Assembly (NCBI GenBank): GCA_963704555.1
Contig: OY969921.1
Span: forward strand, 2,805,600-2,869,599
DNA length: 64,000 nucleotides
From: an uncultured Solirubrobacterales bacterium
GTDB taxonomy: Bacteria > Actinomycetota > Thermoleophilia > Solirubrobacterales > Solirubrobacteraceae
Reading direction: 5' to 3'
Shown here: in pieces, positions 43,100 to 52,740 of the stretch
Position numbering within the stretch: the stretch's first letter is position 1
Layout of the letters: each line of letters begins with the position of its first letter
The notes under the pieces: model-generated
What the model saw: only the letters and a program-made list of their open reading frames with translations
Told to the model about the DNA's origin: nothing
The model's database searches: none
Program-made: the position numbers and the translations under genes

Positions 43100-43566
43100 G
43101 CGATCAGCTCCCACTCCTCGGCGCGGCGCACGGACAGCGTCAAGCCGCTCACACGCTCGACCACGACGGTATCGCCCTCGCGAAGCGTCTCCCCGTCGAT
43201 TTCCGCCCATCCCTGGCGGGCGCGCCACAACGCGCCGTCGATGAACACCTGACCGCCGGGCTCACTCCAGCCCCGCACCACGCCAACCCGGCCACACAGC
43301 GCCTCCGCGCCCGCCTGGATATGCGCGCGCCGCACGCTCGCCGCCTTGCGCGTCACCACGAGCGCCCATCCCCCTGCCGCCGCGCCGAGACCAACGCCGA
43401 CCGGAACGGCGAGCGCCGCGCTGCCGCCCAACGTGGCGATGAGGACGATCCCGCCGGCCATCAACGCCACGCCTCCAGCCACACCGAGAACCCCGCCGGG
43501 CACGTGAGCCTCGGCCACCGCCAGCACGGCGCCCATCAGCAACAGCACAAAGCCGAGCGTGGTCAT
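43096..43566 (-). CDS. NfeD-family membrane protein
   Basis: 156 aa. Hydrophobic N-terminal half, then an OB-like C-terminus [25 protein letters not shown]. Classic nfeD-SPFH pair. Confidence 0.8.
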   Translation of the reverse strand: MTTLGFVLLLMGAVLAVAEAHVPGGVLGVAGGVALMAGGIVLIATLGGSAALAVPVGVGLGAAAGGWALVVTRKAASVRRAHIQAGAEALCGRVGVVRGWSEPGGQVFIDGALWRARQGWAEIDGETLREGDTVVVERVSGLTLSVRRAEEWELIA

Positions 43567-43752
43567 GTCATGTTCTCCACCTCCGATGATACGACCGTCG
43601 TTGCCCTAGCCCAATGACGAAACGAGGTAAGTATTTAATCCTAGTTATTGGTGTCCATCGAAAAATGGCACTGGGACGCTCACCTGGAGGGTTTGACTGC
43701 CTAGCGCTCTGGGCAATAATCGAGGTACACACTCCCCCTTCAGGAGGCACTC

Positions 43753-44355
43753 ATGTCGTGGAAGCTCGCAGGATCGTATTTCGAGACGTGTTCGTGTGAC
43801 GTGATCTGCCCGTGCACGGCGTCATTCGCGTTCGGCGCCACGCTCGACCGCTGCAAGGTCACGCTAGTGTTCCGCGTCCGTGACGGTGAGGTGGATGGTG
43901 TTGACGTGAGCGGCTTGACGGTTGCAGCCGTCGCGGACACACCGAAGGTGATGAGCGAGGGCAACTGGCGCCTTGGCGTGTTCATCGACGCCGCGGCATC
44001 CGAGCAGCAGGCGGAGAAGCTCGGCGCGGTGTTCTCGGGGTCGCTCGGCGGCCCGATGGAGGCACTGGGGCCGCTGGTAGGCGAGAACCTGGGAGTCGAG
44101 CGGGCGCCGATCGAGGTCGAGGAGAACGGTCTGCGTCACTCGATCCGTATCGGCGATGCGGTGGACTTCGAGATCGAGGACATCGTGCCCTTCGGAGTGC
44201 AGACAGGGGAGCCCGCGAAGCTCACGGGCATCTTCCACCCCGCCGGCTCCGAGTTGACGGTGGCGCATGCCACCCGCTCGCAGATCGACGCCTTCGGCAT
44301 CCGATATGAGGGGAAGGCCGGCTTCTCCACCTCGCAGTTCTCGTGGGCGGCGTAA
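43753..44355 (+). CDS. DUF1326-family protein
   Basis: MSWKLAGSYFETCSCDVICPCTASF is the characteristic Cys-rich N-terminus. Confidence 0.7.
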   Translation: MSWKLAGSYFETCSCDVICPCTASFAFGATLDRCKVTLVFRVRDGEVDGVDVSGLTVAAVADTPKVMSEGNWRLGVFIDAAASEQQAEKLGAVFSGSLGGPMEALGPLVGENLGVERAPIEVEENGLRHSIRIGDAVDFEIEDIVPFGVQTGEPAKLTGIFHPAGSELTVAHATRSQIDAFGIRYEGKAGFSTSQFSWAA

Positions 44356-45197
44356 GCGCCGCGGCGCAATCCCCCGCACTGGACCGCCGCGCGGCCCGCA
44401 GCGAGCTTGGCGAGGCCCTCGCCGCCGTACGGACGCGGCTGGGGCTCGTCGCGCTGCTGTTCGCGCTGGCCATCCTCGCCTGGTGGTTCACCGCGGAGCG
44501 GATGGCCGGGATGGATGCCGGGCCTGGCACCGATCTCGGGGCTCTCGGCTGGTTTTTGGGGGTGTGGGTGGTGATGATGGCGGCGATGATGTTCCCGTCG
44601 GTCTCGCCGACGGTGGCGCTCTACGCTCAGATGACGCGCCGGCGCGGTCTGAGCCGCCCGCTGCTGTTCGCCTGTGGTTATCTGCTCGTGTGGGGCCTGG
44701 CGGGGGTGGTCGCCTACGGCCTCTTTCACCTGGGCAGAGGTCTGTTCGGCGCCGATTTGGGTTGGGACGCGGGTGGCCGGTGGTTCGCCGGGGGCGTGCT
44801 GGCCATCGCCGCGCTCTACGAGCTCACGCCGCTGAAGGATGTCTGCCTGGCGAAGTGCCGCAGCCCCCTTGGATTCCTTCTGGGCACATGGCGCGACGGA
44901 CCGCGAGGTGCCTTGGAGATGGGCGCCAGGCACGGCGCATGGTGCTTGGGCTGCTGTTGGGCGCTGATGGCTGCGCTCTTTGCCCTCGGAGTGATGAGCC
45001 TCGCGTGGACTGCGTTCGTTGCGGCGTTGATCGCGTTCGAGAAGACCCTTCCATGGGAGCGCGCCGTCACCTGGGCCACCGCGGCTGTCCTGCTCGTACT
45101 CGCGGTCGCTTTGGTGACGGTACCCCACAGCGTCCCCGGATTCGTCGTGCCGGGTGCATCGCATGGAAGCACCCACACCATGAGCGGGATGCCCTAG
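44343..45197 (+). CDS. DUF2182-family predicted metal-binding membrane protein
   Basis: Polytopic protein. WVVMMAAMMFPSVSPTV is characteristic. Overlaps the DUF1326 gene by 13 nt, and this is a known gene pair. Confidence 0.7.
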   Translation: MGGVSAAAQSPALDRRAARSELGEALAAVRTRLGLVALLFALAILAWWFTAERMAGMDAGPGTDLGALGWFLGVWVVMMAAMMFPSVSPTVALYAQMTRRRGLSRPLLFACGYLLVWGLAGVVAYGLFHLGRGLFGADLGWDAGGRWFAGGVLAIAALYELTPLKDVCLAKCRSPLGFLLGTWRDGPRGALEMGARHGAWCLGCCWALMAALFALGVMSLAWTAFVAALIAFEKTLPWERAVTWATAAVLLVLAVALVTVPHSVPGFVVPGASHGSTHTMSGMP

Positions 45198-45288
45198 CCC
45201 ACCAAAAAAATTCCGGGCGGTGTCGATTTCGGCCGACTTCGTTCGACGTGCTGGTAGAAACCACCCCAACCGCCACAAGGAGGCACCA

Positions 45289-45705
45289 ATGCGTTTCATG
45301 GTTCTGGTCCCCGGAAGCCCCGAGTCCGAGGCGGGCGAGATGCCCAGCACCGAGCTCCTGGGAGAGATGACGAAGTACAACGAAGAGCTCGTCGAGGCAG
45401 GCGTGATGCTGGCCGGCGAGGGCCTGCACCCGACCTCCAGGGGCGCAAAGATCCGCTTCGACGGCAGCGAGCGCACTGTCATCGACGGTCCGTTCACCGA
45501 GGCCAAGGAGATCGTCGCCGGCTACTGGATCTGGGAGTGCGCCTCGCGCGAGGAGGCGATCGAGTGGCTCAAGCGAGCGCCGTTCGGCGGCGGTGTCGAG
45601 ATCGAGCTGCGCCCGATCTTCGAGGCTGAGGACTTCGGCGAGCAGCTGACGCCGGAACTGCGCGAGGCCAACGAGCGACTGCGAGAGCAGAGCGCCCGGA
45701 ACTAG
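45289..45705 (+). CDS. YciI/DGPF-family protein
   Basis: ATG 45289 has AAGGAGG upstream. MRFMVLVPG ... TVIDGPFTEAKEIVAGYWIWECASREEAIEWLKRAP. Confidence 0.85.
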   Translation: MRFMVLVPGSPESEAGEMPSTELLGEMTKYNEELVEAGVMLAGEGLHPTSRGAKIRFDGSERTVIDGPFTEAKEIVAGYWIWECASREEAIEWLKRAPFGGGVEIELRPIFEAEDFGEQLTPELREANERLREQSARN

Positions 45706-45717
45706 GCCCGCCCACCC

Positions 45718-46977
45718 GTGACGTCGTCTGCCACCCATCGTGCGATCGACGCCGTCTGGCGGATCGAGTCGGCCCGGTTGATAGCCGGGCTGACTCGCAT
45801 CGTGCGCGACGTGGCCGTGGCCGAGGATCTGGCCCAGGACGCGCTCGTCGCGGCGCTCGAGCGGTGGCCTGAGTCGGGCATCCCGGACAAGCCGGGTGCA
45901 TGGCTGATGGCCACCGCCAAGCACCGGGGCATCGATGCACTGCGCCGACGCGTCGCGCTCGAGCGCAAGCGAGGGATGATTCAGCGCGAGCTGGAAATCC
46001 TCCAGCAGCTCGATCGGCCCGAGCTCGCCGCGCAGGTCGAAGACGTGCAGGACGATGTGCTGCGCCTGATCTTCATGACGTGCCATCCGGTCCTGTCCCG
46101 GGACGCGCGCGTCGCGCTTACGTTGCGCTTGCTGGGCGGCCTCTCGACGCCGGAGATCGCGCGGGCGTTCCTCGTCTCCGAAGGGACGGTCGCGCAGCGC
46201 ATCGTCCGTGCCAAGCGCACGCTCGCCGAGGCGCGCGTGCCGTTTGAGGTGCCCACTCGCGACGAGCTGGAGGAGCGTCTGTCCGCGGTGCTCGAGGTGA
46301 TCTACCTGGTGTTCAACGAGGGGTACACGGCGACGGCCGGCGAGCAATGGGTTCGGCCAGCGCTGTGCGCGGACGCCCTGCGCCTCGGAAGGATCCTGGC
46401 CGCGCTGATGCCCCGTGAGCCTGAGGCAGGAGGCCTGCTGGCCCTGATGGAGCTCCAGGCCTCGCGGCTGCGGGCGCGGGTCGGGCCACACGGCGAACCG
46501 GTACTGCTCGCCGATCAGGACCGAGCGCGCTGGGACCACCTGCTCGTGCAACGTGGTCTCGCCGGGCTGCGACGGGCCGAGGAGCTCAGCGGCGCGCTGG
46601 GGCCGTACACGTTGCAGGCCGCGATCGCCGCCTGCCATGCGCGGGCCCTGAGCGTCGAGGAGACCGACTGGCCGCGGGTCGTCGCGCTGTACGACGGCCT
46701 GGCGGCGCTCACCGGCTCCCCGGTCGTGGAGCTCAACCGCGCTGTGGCGGTGACGATGGCCTTCGGCCCCGAGGCTGGGCTCGAGCTCGTCGATTCGCTC
46801 GCCGATGAGCCTGCGTTGCGCGGTTATCACCTACTGCCAGGCGTGCGCGGCGACATCCTCGTGCGCCTAGGGCGACTGATGGAAGCGCGCGAGGAGTTCG
46901 CGCGCGCAGCCGACCTGTGCGACAACGAGCGCGAGCGCGAGCTGCTGCTCTCGCGCGCGTTTGCTTGCGGCGCATGA
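45718..46977 (+). CDS. ECF sigma factor with C-terminal extension (ECF42-type), second copy
   Basis: 419 aa. Collinear with 1399-2694 (GAWLMATAKHRGIDALRR; LTLRLLGGLSTPEIARAFLVSEGTVAQRIVRAKRTL). Directly follows a DGPF gene. Confidence 0.85.
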   Translation: MTSSATHRAIDAVWRIESARLIAGLTRIVRDVAVAEDLAQDALVAALERWPESGIPDKPGAWLMATAKHRGIDALRRRVALERKRGMIQRELEILQQLDRPELAAQVEDVQDDVLRLIFMTCHPVLSRDARVALTLRLLGGLSTPEIARAFLVSEGTVAQRIVRAKRTLAEARVPFEVPTRDELEERLSAVLEVIYLVFNEGYTATAGEQWVRPALCADALRLGRILAALMPREPEAGGLLALMELQASRLRARVGPHGEPVLLADQDRARWDHLLVQRGLAGLRRAEELSGALGPYTLQAAIAACHARALSVEETDWPRVVALYDGLAALTGSPVVELNRAVAVTMAFGPEAGLELVDSLADEPALRGYHLLPGVRGDILVRLGRLMEAREEFARAADLCDNERERELLLSRAFACGA

Positions 46978-47302
46978 GAACCCAAAGAGCCGATCAAGCG
47001 GGACTCCCGGGCGATCCGTGCCCGCTCGCCGCGCCGGCCGCTGTGTTGGCGCGCTGCTCGCGCACCGCGTCGACCTGCTCGGCGCGCTCACGGTATGCCC
47101 GTTCGCGGACGCCGCGCTCGCGCAGGAACCGACCGGTGCCCCACGGCAGCGCCACCAGAAAAGTCCCCGTGAAGCGGGGGAAGCGGCCGGAGAGGCCCGC
47201 GCGCGCGGAGGAGCATGTCCGCAAAAGTAGCGCCGCACCGCGGCTGGGGCACCCTCAATGACGATGATCCGCCCTCATCCTCGAGGAGGAGGTGACCACG
47301 AT

Positions 47303-47437
47303 CCACCCCGGGAGCACCTGGGTGCCTTCGATCTGGACCGCTTCGAGCGCGGCCGGATCGAGCCCGAGCGGGTCGAGGATCGTGGGCGCGATCTGAGTCG
47401 TCTCAACCCATGGGGTGTACGTGCCGGGCTGCACTTG
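47303..47437 (-). pseudogene. C-terminal fragment of a paralogue of the phosphodiesterase at 24834-26684
   Basis: VQPGTYTPWVETTQIAPTILDPLGLDPAALEAVQIEGTQVLPG versus VQPGTYRSWVETTQIAPTILDLLGLDPDALEAVQIEGTQVLPG gives 39 of 43 identical by my alignment. No upstream catalytic part is present. Confidence 0.75.
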
Positions 47438-47674
47438 CTCCCATGCTCGGCAAGGTTTAGCGAAGGAATGGTCTGCGTACCGCCGAACCGCCTGCGCCTG
47501 GCCGCTCGATCCGCGCACCAACCCATTATTAGGCGATGTTGCCGCGGGACGCAGCGGGTGAGCGAAGACGTGGATCTCGACGATCTTGCCGCCCCTCACC
47601 CAGCCCAATCGGAAGCCAGACCCGATGCGGCACTGTGTCCTTCAGTCGCGGCCGTGGATCGATTCTGGCTGCCC

Positions 47675-48307
47675 TTAGTCAAGTGGCACGAACCGCACTG
47701 GGCCGAGATCTTGGTATCTAGTATCGGTGTCGGTCCGTTCGGCGAGTATGAGCCGCTGGCCGGTACCGTGCGCGACGGGGGCGATCAGCCGGCCTTGGGG
47801 GGAAAGCTGTTCGAGCAACGCCTGGGGCAATCCTCTGGTCGCAGCCGCGGCGACGTTGATCGCGTCGTATGGCGCCTGCTCAGGGTGGCCTTTGCGACCA
47901 TCGCCGATGATGAGCGTCACGTTTTCGATACCTGCGGCGGCCAGGTTTTCTCGCGCCTGCTGGAAGAGACCAGGGTGACGCTCAATGCTCACGACCGATC
48001 GTCCGAGATGGGCCAGGATCGCAGCGTGGTAGCCAGAACCAGTGCCGACATCGAGGATGCGCTCCTCGCCGCGGAGTCTCAGCGCTTCGCACATGTGCGC
48101 AACCACCAGCGGCTGGGAGATCGTCTGCCCTGCGCCGATCGGTAGCGGTGAGTTGTGCCATGCCCGGCCGCGAAGCTCCGGCGCTACGAACAGCTCGCGC
48201 GACACCGCCGCGATAGCAGCGAGCACTCGCTCATCGCTGATGTACCGTCGCAGTAGGCTCAACAACTCGTCTGCCGAGGACGGTCGTGCCAGCCGGGCGA
48301 AACTCAC
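47675..48307 (-). CDS. pcm: protein-L-isoaspartate O-methyltransferase
   Basis: GAGQTISQPLVVAHMCEAL, SAM motif ILDVGTGSGYHAAILA, and APYDAINVAAA. Start is uncertain: I prefer GTG 48307, but the ORF stays open to 48538. Confidence 0.85.
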   Translation of the reverse strand: MSFARLARPSSADELLSLLRRYISDERVLAAIAAVSRELFVAPELRGRAWHNSPLPIGAGQTISQPLVVAHMCEALRLRGEERILDVGTGSGYHAAILAHLGRSVVSIERHPGLFQQARENLAAAGIENVTLIIGDGRKGHPEQAPYDAINVAAAATRGLPQALLEQLSPQGRLIAPVAHGTGQRLILAERTDTDTRYQDLGPVRFVPLD

Positions 48308-48449
48308 CCAAAAACCGTACCGCTGAAGAGATGGCGGCTCGGCGTCATGACAATAGGCACCAGTCGCCCGTCGTGCAGCCGCCACCGTGTGGCTCGATAT
48401 AGCCGCGCTGCGCAGCGCGGCGGACGAGGTCCCGCGGCTGTGATACCCG

Positions 48450-48890
48450 TTATGCGGGGTGCGCCTCGGGCTGCGGCCGAGAGCTGTCCGGCGGAAGTCC
48501 CCTCCCGTCCCCTGGCCCCACATGGGGCAGCCACTCAAGCCACCCCGGCAGGTACCAGTTCCAGTCGCCGAGCAGCTTCATGGTGGCCGGCAAGAGGACG
48601 CCGCGCACGAGCGTCGCGTCGAACAGGACCGCCACCGCCAGACCGATGCCGAGCTGCTTGAAGATGAGCAGCGACAGGGTCGCGAAGATCGCGAACACGG
48701 ACACCATCACCACCGCGGCGCTGGTGACCACCCCCGCGGTGCTCTTGATGCCGTGCGCCACCGCCTCCTCGGTGGATCTGCCCCGGTCGAACACCGCAAG
48801 CACACACCCGATCCATCCCCAGATGGCAATCTTGCGGTGCTGAGCGCTCCACCGACCCGCACGCGCCGCGAGATTCCGATTCTCCGTCAC
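48450..48890 (-). pseudogene. MMPL-family transporter remnant with a large internal deletion
   Basis: 146 aa. A typical MMPL N-terminus (NLAARAGRWSAQHRKIAIWGWIGCVLAV) runs directly into a typical MMPL C-terminus (STAGVVTSAAVVMVSVFAIFATLSLLIFKQLGIGLAVAVLFDATLVRGVLLPATMKLLGDWNWYLP). Intact members are several-fold longer. Confidence 0.65.
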
Positions 48891-48912
48891 AATATGCCTC
48901 TCGAGGCCATCC

Positions 48913-50046
48913 CTAGCAAGGGGGTGGGGTACCGAACGGGAAGAAGGACGTCTTGAACACGTTCCCGGAGATGCAGCTTCCGTTGGCGGGATTGTCGAGG
49001 TAGACGATGTCGCCGGAGCCTTGCGTGCGAGGGTCGGGGCTCTTGCCGTTCTGCACGATTACGTTGCGCGTCACAGCGGTCTCGTTGGAAGATCCGAACC
49101 CAAACGGGTTTTCGACTACGCCAACGCCCGCTGTGTCGTTGTTGACCACTACGTTCCCGCGAATCGTCACATCATGGCCACCCACGTTGAGGATTCCGCT
49201 ACCCGACGGAAGCAGTTGCAAGTCGTCGAAGAATTCTTCGACACAGCCCGGAGGCGTTCCAGGGGGTTGGCACACCGGCGGGAAAGGATTCGGGCGGTTG
49301 TTCTTGTGTACGACGTTGCCTTCGATGAGCGCCGTCTCGGTCGAGGACGTGGGCAGGTTGGGCAGCACGATCACGAAGATGCCCGTCGTGTTGTCACTCA
49401 GCAGGTTGTTTCGCACGACCGAGTTGTTGGTGTTCTCGAGCTCGATGCCCAGCTCCCCGCCTATGAGCCGGTTCTTTTCGACGACGGTGTTTTCGTCAAC
49501 GCCTACGTAGATCGTGGCGTCATTGCCGCCGCCACCGAAGTTCTGGCTGATCAGCCCTTCGTGCGAGCAGCGCGGGAAGATGCCGTACTCGCCGTTGTCG
49601 AGGTAAGCGCCGCCGCTGACCTCGAATTTGTCGACACCGAACAGGAAGATGCCCGTGTCCTCTGCGTTGCGGACCGTGAGGCCGCTGATGTCGAAGTCGC
49701 TTACGCCGAATGGCGGACAGGTGGGACCCGGGTCGAATGTGAGTTGCGTGCCGACGGTGATGCCGTAGATGTTTCCGGTGGCGTCGATGACCGCCGCTTT
49801 GCTGCCTGTGATCGTCAAGTCATTCGTCTTCACGCTGACTGTCGGACCGGAGTAGGTTCCCGGCGCGAGCACGATCGTGTCGCCAGGGACGGCTTCGTTG
49901 ACAGCCGTCTGGATAGTGCTCGTGCTACCGGTCGGCGCGACGCGGATCTTCCTTGCCTGCGCCGTCGACGGCAACACGCACCACACCGTGGCCGCCGCAA
50001 ACGCCACCGCGATCAGCCTGAACGCGCTCCGCTGGTTGAGGACCAT
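48913..50046 (-). CDS. secreted right-handed parallel beta-helix repeat protein
   Basis: Preferred start is ATG 50046 (MVLNQRSAFRLIAVAFAAATVWCVLPSTAQA), with GGAGGAG 6 nt upstream. Repeated N-x-G/I-x-V turns (NAEDTGIFLFG, NGEYGIFP, NTTGIFVIV, NDTAGVGVV). Confidence 0.75.
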   Translation of the reverse strand: MVLNQRSAFRLIAVAFAAATVWCVLPSTAQARKIRVAPTGSTSTIQTAVNEAVPGDTIVLAPGTYSGPTVSVKTNDLTITGSKAAVIDATGNIYGITVGTQLTFDPGPTCPPFGVSDFDISGLTVRNAEDTGIFLFGVDKFEVSGGAYLDNGEYGIFPRCSHEGLISQNFGGGGNDATIYVGVDENTVVEKNRLIGGELGIELENTNNSVVRNNLLSDNTTGIFVIVLPNLPTSSTETALIEGNVVHKNNRPNPFPPVCQPPGTPPGCVEEFFDDLQLLPSGSGILNVGGHDVTIRGNVVVNNDTAGVGVVENPFGFGSSNETAVTRNVIVQNGKSPDPRTQGSGDIVYLDNPANGSCISGNVFKTSFFPFGTPPPC

Positions 50047-50417
50047 TATCATCTCCTCCATGCGGTTTATCCGCATGGCCCTCGTCCACAGCCATGCGCG
50101 GAACACCGACAACGCTAACAGGTGGTCGTGCCCGGTCAAAGGGGCCGGCGCGTGAGGCTCAAGGATGTCGGCAAGCGTGAGCAACACGCGATGCGCCCGT
50201 CATAGCGACATTGGTGTCTACACCTCGCGTCGCCGAGCCCAGAAGGCTCCTGCTACGGGTTCGGCGTCCTGATCCTACGGACTCCCTACGGATACGCCGG
50301 GAAAGCCCGCAAACACAGGCGAAACGGCCGACGTCAATCCCCCGTGTTTTCGGCGGTTTCCGGCCGTATTCGCTGATGCCGGGCACCATGTGGCTTCATG
50401 GCTGATAAGGTGGTCAC

Positions 50418-50696
50418 ATGCGCGAGATCGGAGTCCGCGAGCTGAAGACGACACTCAGCCAGACGCTGCGAGCGGTCGCTCGCGGCCAGCAGGTGCGCGT
50501 GACCCTCCGCGGTCAGCCGCTGGCCGACATCGTCCCAGCCGCCGCCTCGGCCAACGATGATCGACTGCGCCAGTTGGTAGCTCAAGGACGGCTGGTGGCG
50601 CCCGCGCACGCGCGACCGAGGCAGGCACCTCCACCCGTGAAGAGCAATCGCAGTGCATCGGGATTGGTACTAGCCGAGCGGGACGCCGAGCGCTGA
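50418..50696 (+). CDS. Phd/YefM-type antitoxin
   Basis: MREIGVRELKTTLSQTLRAVARGQQVRVTLRGQPLADIVP is a canonical Phd/YefM N-terminus. Confidence 0.75.
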   Translation: MREIGVRELKTTLSQTLRAVARGQQVRVTLRGQPLADIVPAAASANDDRLRQLVAQGRLVAPAHARPRQAPPPVKSNRSASGLVLAERDAER

Positions 50697-51094
50697 ACCT
50701 CTACCTCGATGCGAGCGCGCTGGTAAAGCGCTACGTCGCTGAGCCCGGCAGCGATACCGTGCTCGAAGCTATGGGCTGCGCCGAGGGCTGGTTCATGTGC
50801 CGTGTCGGCTTCGTGGAGACCGTCCGCGCCGTCGGCCTCAGCGCAGGCCAAGCAGCCGCGGCAACCGTCCGCGAAGAGTGGCCCGCGTTCGGCGTGATCG
50901 AAGTAGACCAGCGCCTCGTCGAAGACGCCGCCAGACTCGCAATCGGCCGCGAACTGCGCAGCATGGACGCACTGCACCTCGCCTCCGCCCTCATGCTCCC
51001 CTGCGACGATCTCATCCTCGCCACCTGGGACCGCCGCCTCCACGCCGCCGCCAAGACCGAAGGACTCGCGCTCACCCCAGAAAAACTCGACTAA
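50693..51094 (+). CDS. PIN-domain toxin (VapC-like); start probably non-canonical CTG
   Basis: The frame reads LNLYLDASALVKRYVAEPGS... from CTG 50693, which overlaps the antitoxin TGA (CTGA). The first canonical start (GTG 50759) would delete the conserved first acidic residue. Later motifs: LRSMDALHLASA and LILATWDRRL. Confidence 0.7.
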   Translation: MNLYLDASALVKRYVAEPGSDTVLEAMGCAEGWFMCRVGFVETVRAVGLSAGQAAAATVREEWPAFGVIEVDQRLVEDAARLAIGRELRSMDALHLASALMLPCDDLILATWDRRLHAAAKTEGLALTPEKLD

Positions 51095-51671
51095 CCGGCA
51101 GGCGTACCCAGGTCAAACCGGTTGCGGAGGACTGCGAGACGAAGACGAGTCCGTGCGGGGAAGTTCTCCTCGTTGCGATGGCGTGCGAGTCGAAGGCACG
51201 TCGGGTTCTGATGCAACGAGTTCCTAGAGAGATGGAACCACTCTTGACCGTTCTACTCGACAAACCACGTGTCTTCCAACACCCAGCGAGCGATCTGTTT
51301 AACCACATCGCTCAAGCTGTACTCGGGCGGAGCTTGCGCATAGACGACAACACGCTATGGAAGCAAGTCGCTGAAGTGTTCGAGCTTCGATTCGAACCGG
51401 GGGCTTCGCCGACCCGAATCGGGCGTGATTTGCCCTGTTTCCCGTGGAAATGCCTTGAAACAAGCGGTTTTGCCGATAGTCGATTTGGCTGCTGGAACCT
51501 CGGATTTTGGGGGCGATTTGGGAGGGTTTAGGTGAGACAGCGCAGCTTTAGGCACTGGAATCGAGTTACTGCCCAAACGCGACCAGCACCTGGATACTGT
51601 TTTGAGCGCCGCCTCATGATGATGTGAAAGCGTAGTTCTCTGATCACCCAGACCGCACCGCCCGTACCGTC

Positions 51672-52073
51672 GTGACGCCCGGCGAGCTAGGGGACGACAA
51701 CGAGCTCTTAGATCGGCTCGCCTACCTGTTGGCCGATCGGGTCGTCGAGCGCTTGATGCCGTGGCTTGTCCCAGGACAGGGGCGACCGGAGGGGCTTATC
51801 AGTGCGCGCGAGGTGGCGCGCATGACCGGCATGACACGCCGGTGGGTCTACGACCACGCGGGCGATCTCGGCGCCGTGCCGCTGGGCACTGGATCAACGC
51901 CCCGGCTCGGCTTCCATCCCACTCGAGTGCGCGAGTACCTCGACCAGAGCGTCGCCGATCCCCCACCACTGCCGATGCCTGTGCCGTACTACGCCAAGCC
52001 GCGCCGCAGTAGACAACCAGAGAAGACCAATGCCATGAGAAGGCTCCTCGGCGAGCTCCCGGACGATCTCTGA
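51672..52073 (+). CDS. excisionase-like helix-turn-helix DNA-binding protein
   Basis: 133 aa. LISAREVARMTGMTRRWVYDHAGDLGAVPLG...LGFHPTRVREYL is typical of MerR/Xis-type HTH proteins in integrative elements. Confidence 0.6.
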   Translation: MTPGELGDDNELLDRLAYLLADRVVERLMPWLVPGQGRPEGLISAREVARMTGMTRRWVYDHAGDLGAVPLGTGSTPRLGFHPTRVREYLDQSVADPPPLPMPVPYYAKPRRSRQPEKTNAMRRLLGELPDDL

Positions 52074-52343
52074 GCGACAGCAAGAGTTGAGCTAGGACCG
52101 CGTTTGTGTCACCAGGACCGCCTACACTTGGTGTTGGAGGCCATGCGATGCCAGAGCCAGCCACAACCAACGATCACATCGAGCGGGCGAACGCTCAGTT
52201 CTGGACTCCCCGACACCGTTTCATCGGCGCCAAGGCTATGAACAACGCCGTTGAAATCACAAGCCATCCTCACGCCTAGCTTTTAGCCTTCGTCAGCATC
52301 AGTGAGGACAATCTCGTCCTTTGTCGCCAAGACGCCGAATAAC

Positions 52344-52734
52344 TCAAGCGGTGCGCTTGGATAGCCACGCGAGGATCTCTTGCTGCTCGACTTGGCCAGC
52401 TGCGATGCGCTCGACCATCGACACATCGACGTCCGGCTCGGTGCCATGCAGCGGCGAGTCATTCGCTTCCAGGAAGAGGCCGGTCAGGAAGAACGCGGTG
52501 CGCTTGTTCCCGTCCGGCAGCGGATGGTTGCGTGCCAAACGCTCCAGCAGAATCGCGGCCTTCTCCAAGATCGTCGGGTAGACCTCGACATCGCCAAAGC
52601 CGGCTCGCGGCGCCGCGAGCGCGGACTCAGCGAGACCGGCGTTAGGGAGACGTGCTATCTGCTCAGGGCGTGGTGCCAAGGATGTCTGCCGCGACATCGC
52701 AGAAGTCCCCGAACTCGGGGTAGTAGACAGCCAC
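52344..52734 (-). pseudogene. doc: Doc/Fic-family toxin gene with an apparent frameshift
   Basis: Fic/Doc motif NHPLPDGNKRTAF sits in the frame running 52697 to 52344. The expected N-terminus (VAVYYPEFGDFCDVAADILGTTP) is in another frame, starting at GTG 52734 and stopping at 52655-52653. Confidence 0.6.
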
Positions 52735-52740
52735 CGCTTG

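Noticed and set aside
44136-45506. 456-aa minus-strand ORF
   Set aside because: It is antisense to the DUF1326, DUF2182 and DGPF genes, is Arg/Pro/Gly-rich, and has no motifs.
45067-46830. 587-aa minus-strand ORF
   Set aside because: It is antisense to the well-supported DGPF and ECF sigma genes, and its composition is typical of a GC-frame artefact.
46994-47224. 76-aa minus-strand ORF and overlapping plus-strand ORFs after the second sigma gene
   Set aside because: The candidates are mutually exclusive and low in complexity, with no motif. I treated the region as decayed or non-coding.
51240-51345. Minus-strand peptide RVVVYAQAPPEYSLSDVVKQIARWVLEDTWFVE, reminiscent of the PP.YS.S..V..LKG segment of IS200/IS605 (Y1, RAYT-like) transposases
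   Set aside because: The match covers only ~15 residues, is flanked by stop codons, and lacks the HxH and catalytic Tyr regions. It is tempting as a link to the palindrome arrays, but it is too weak to call without a database search.
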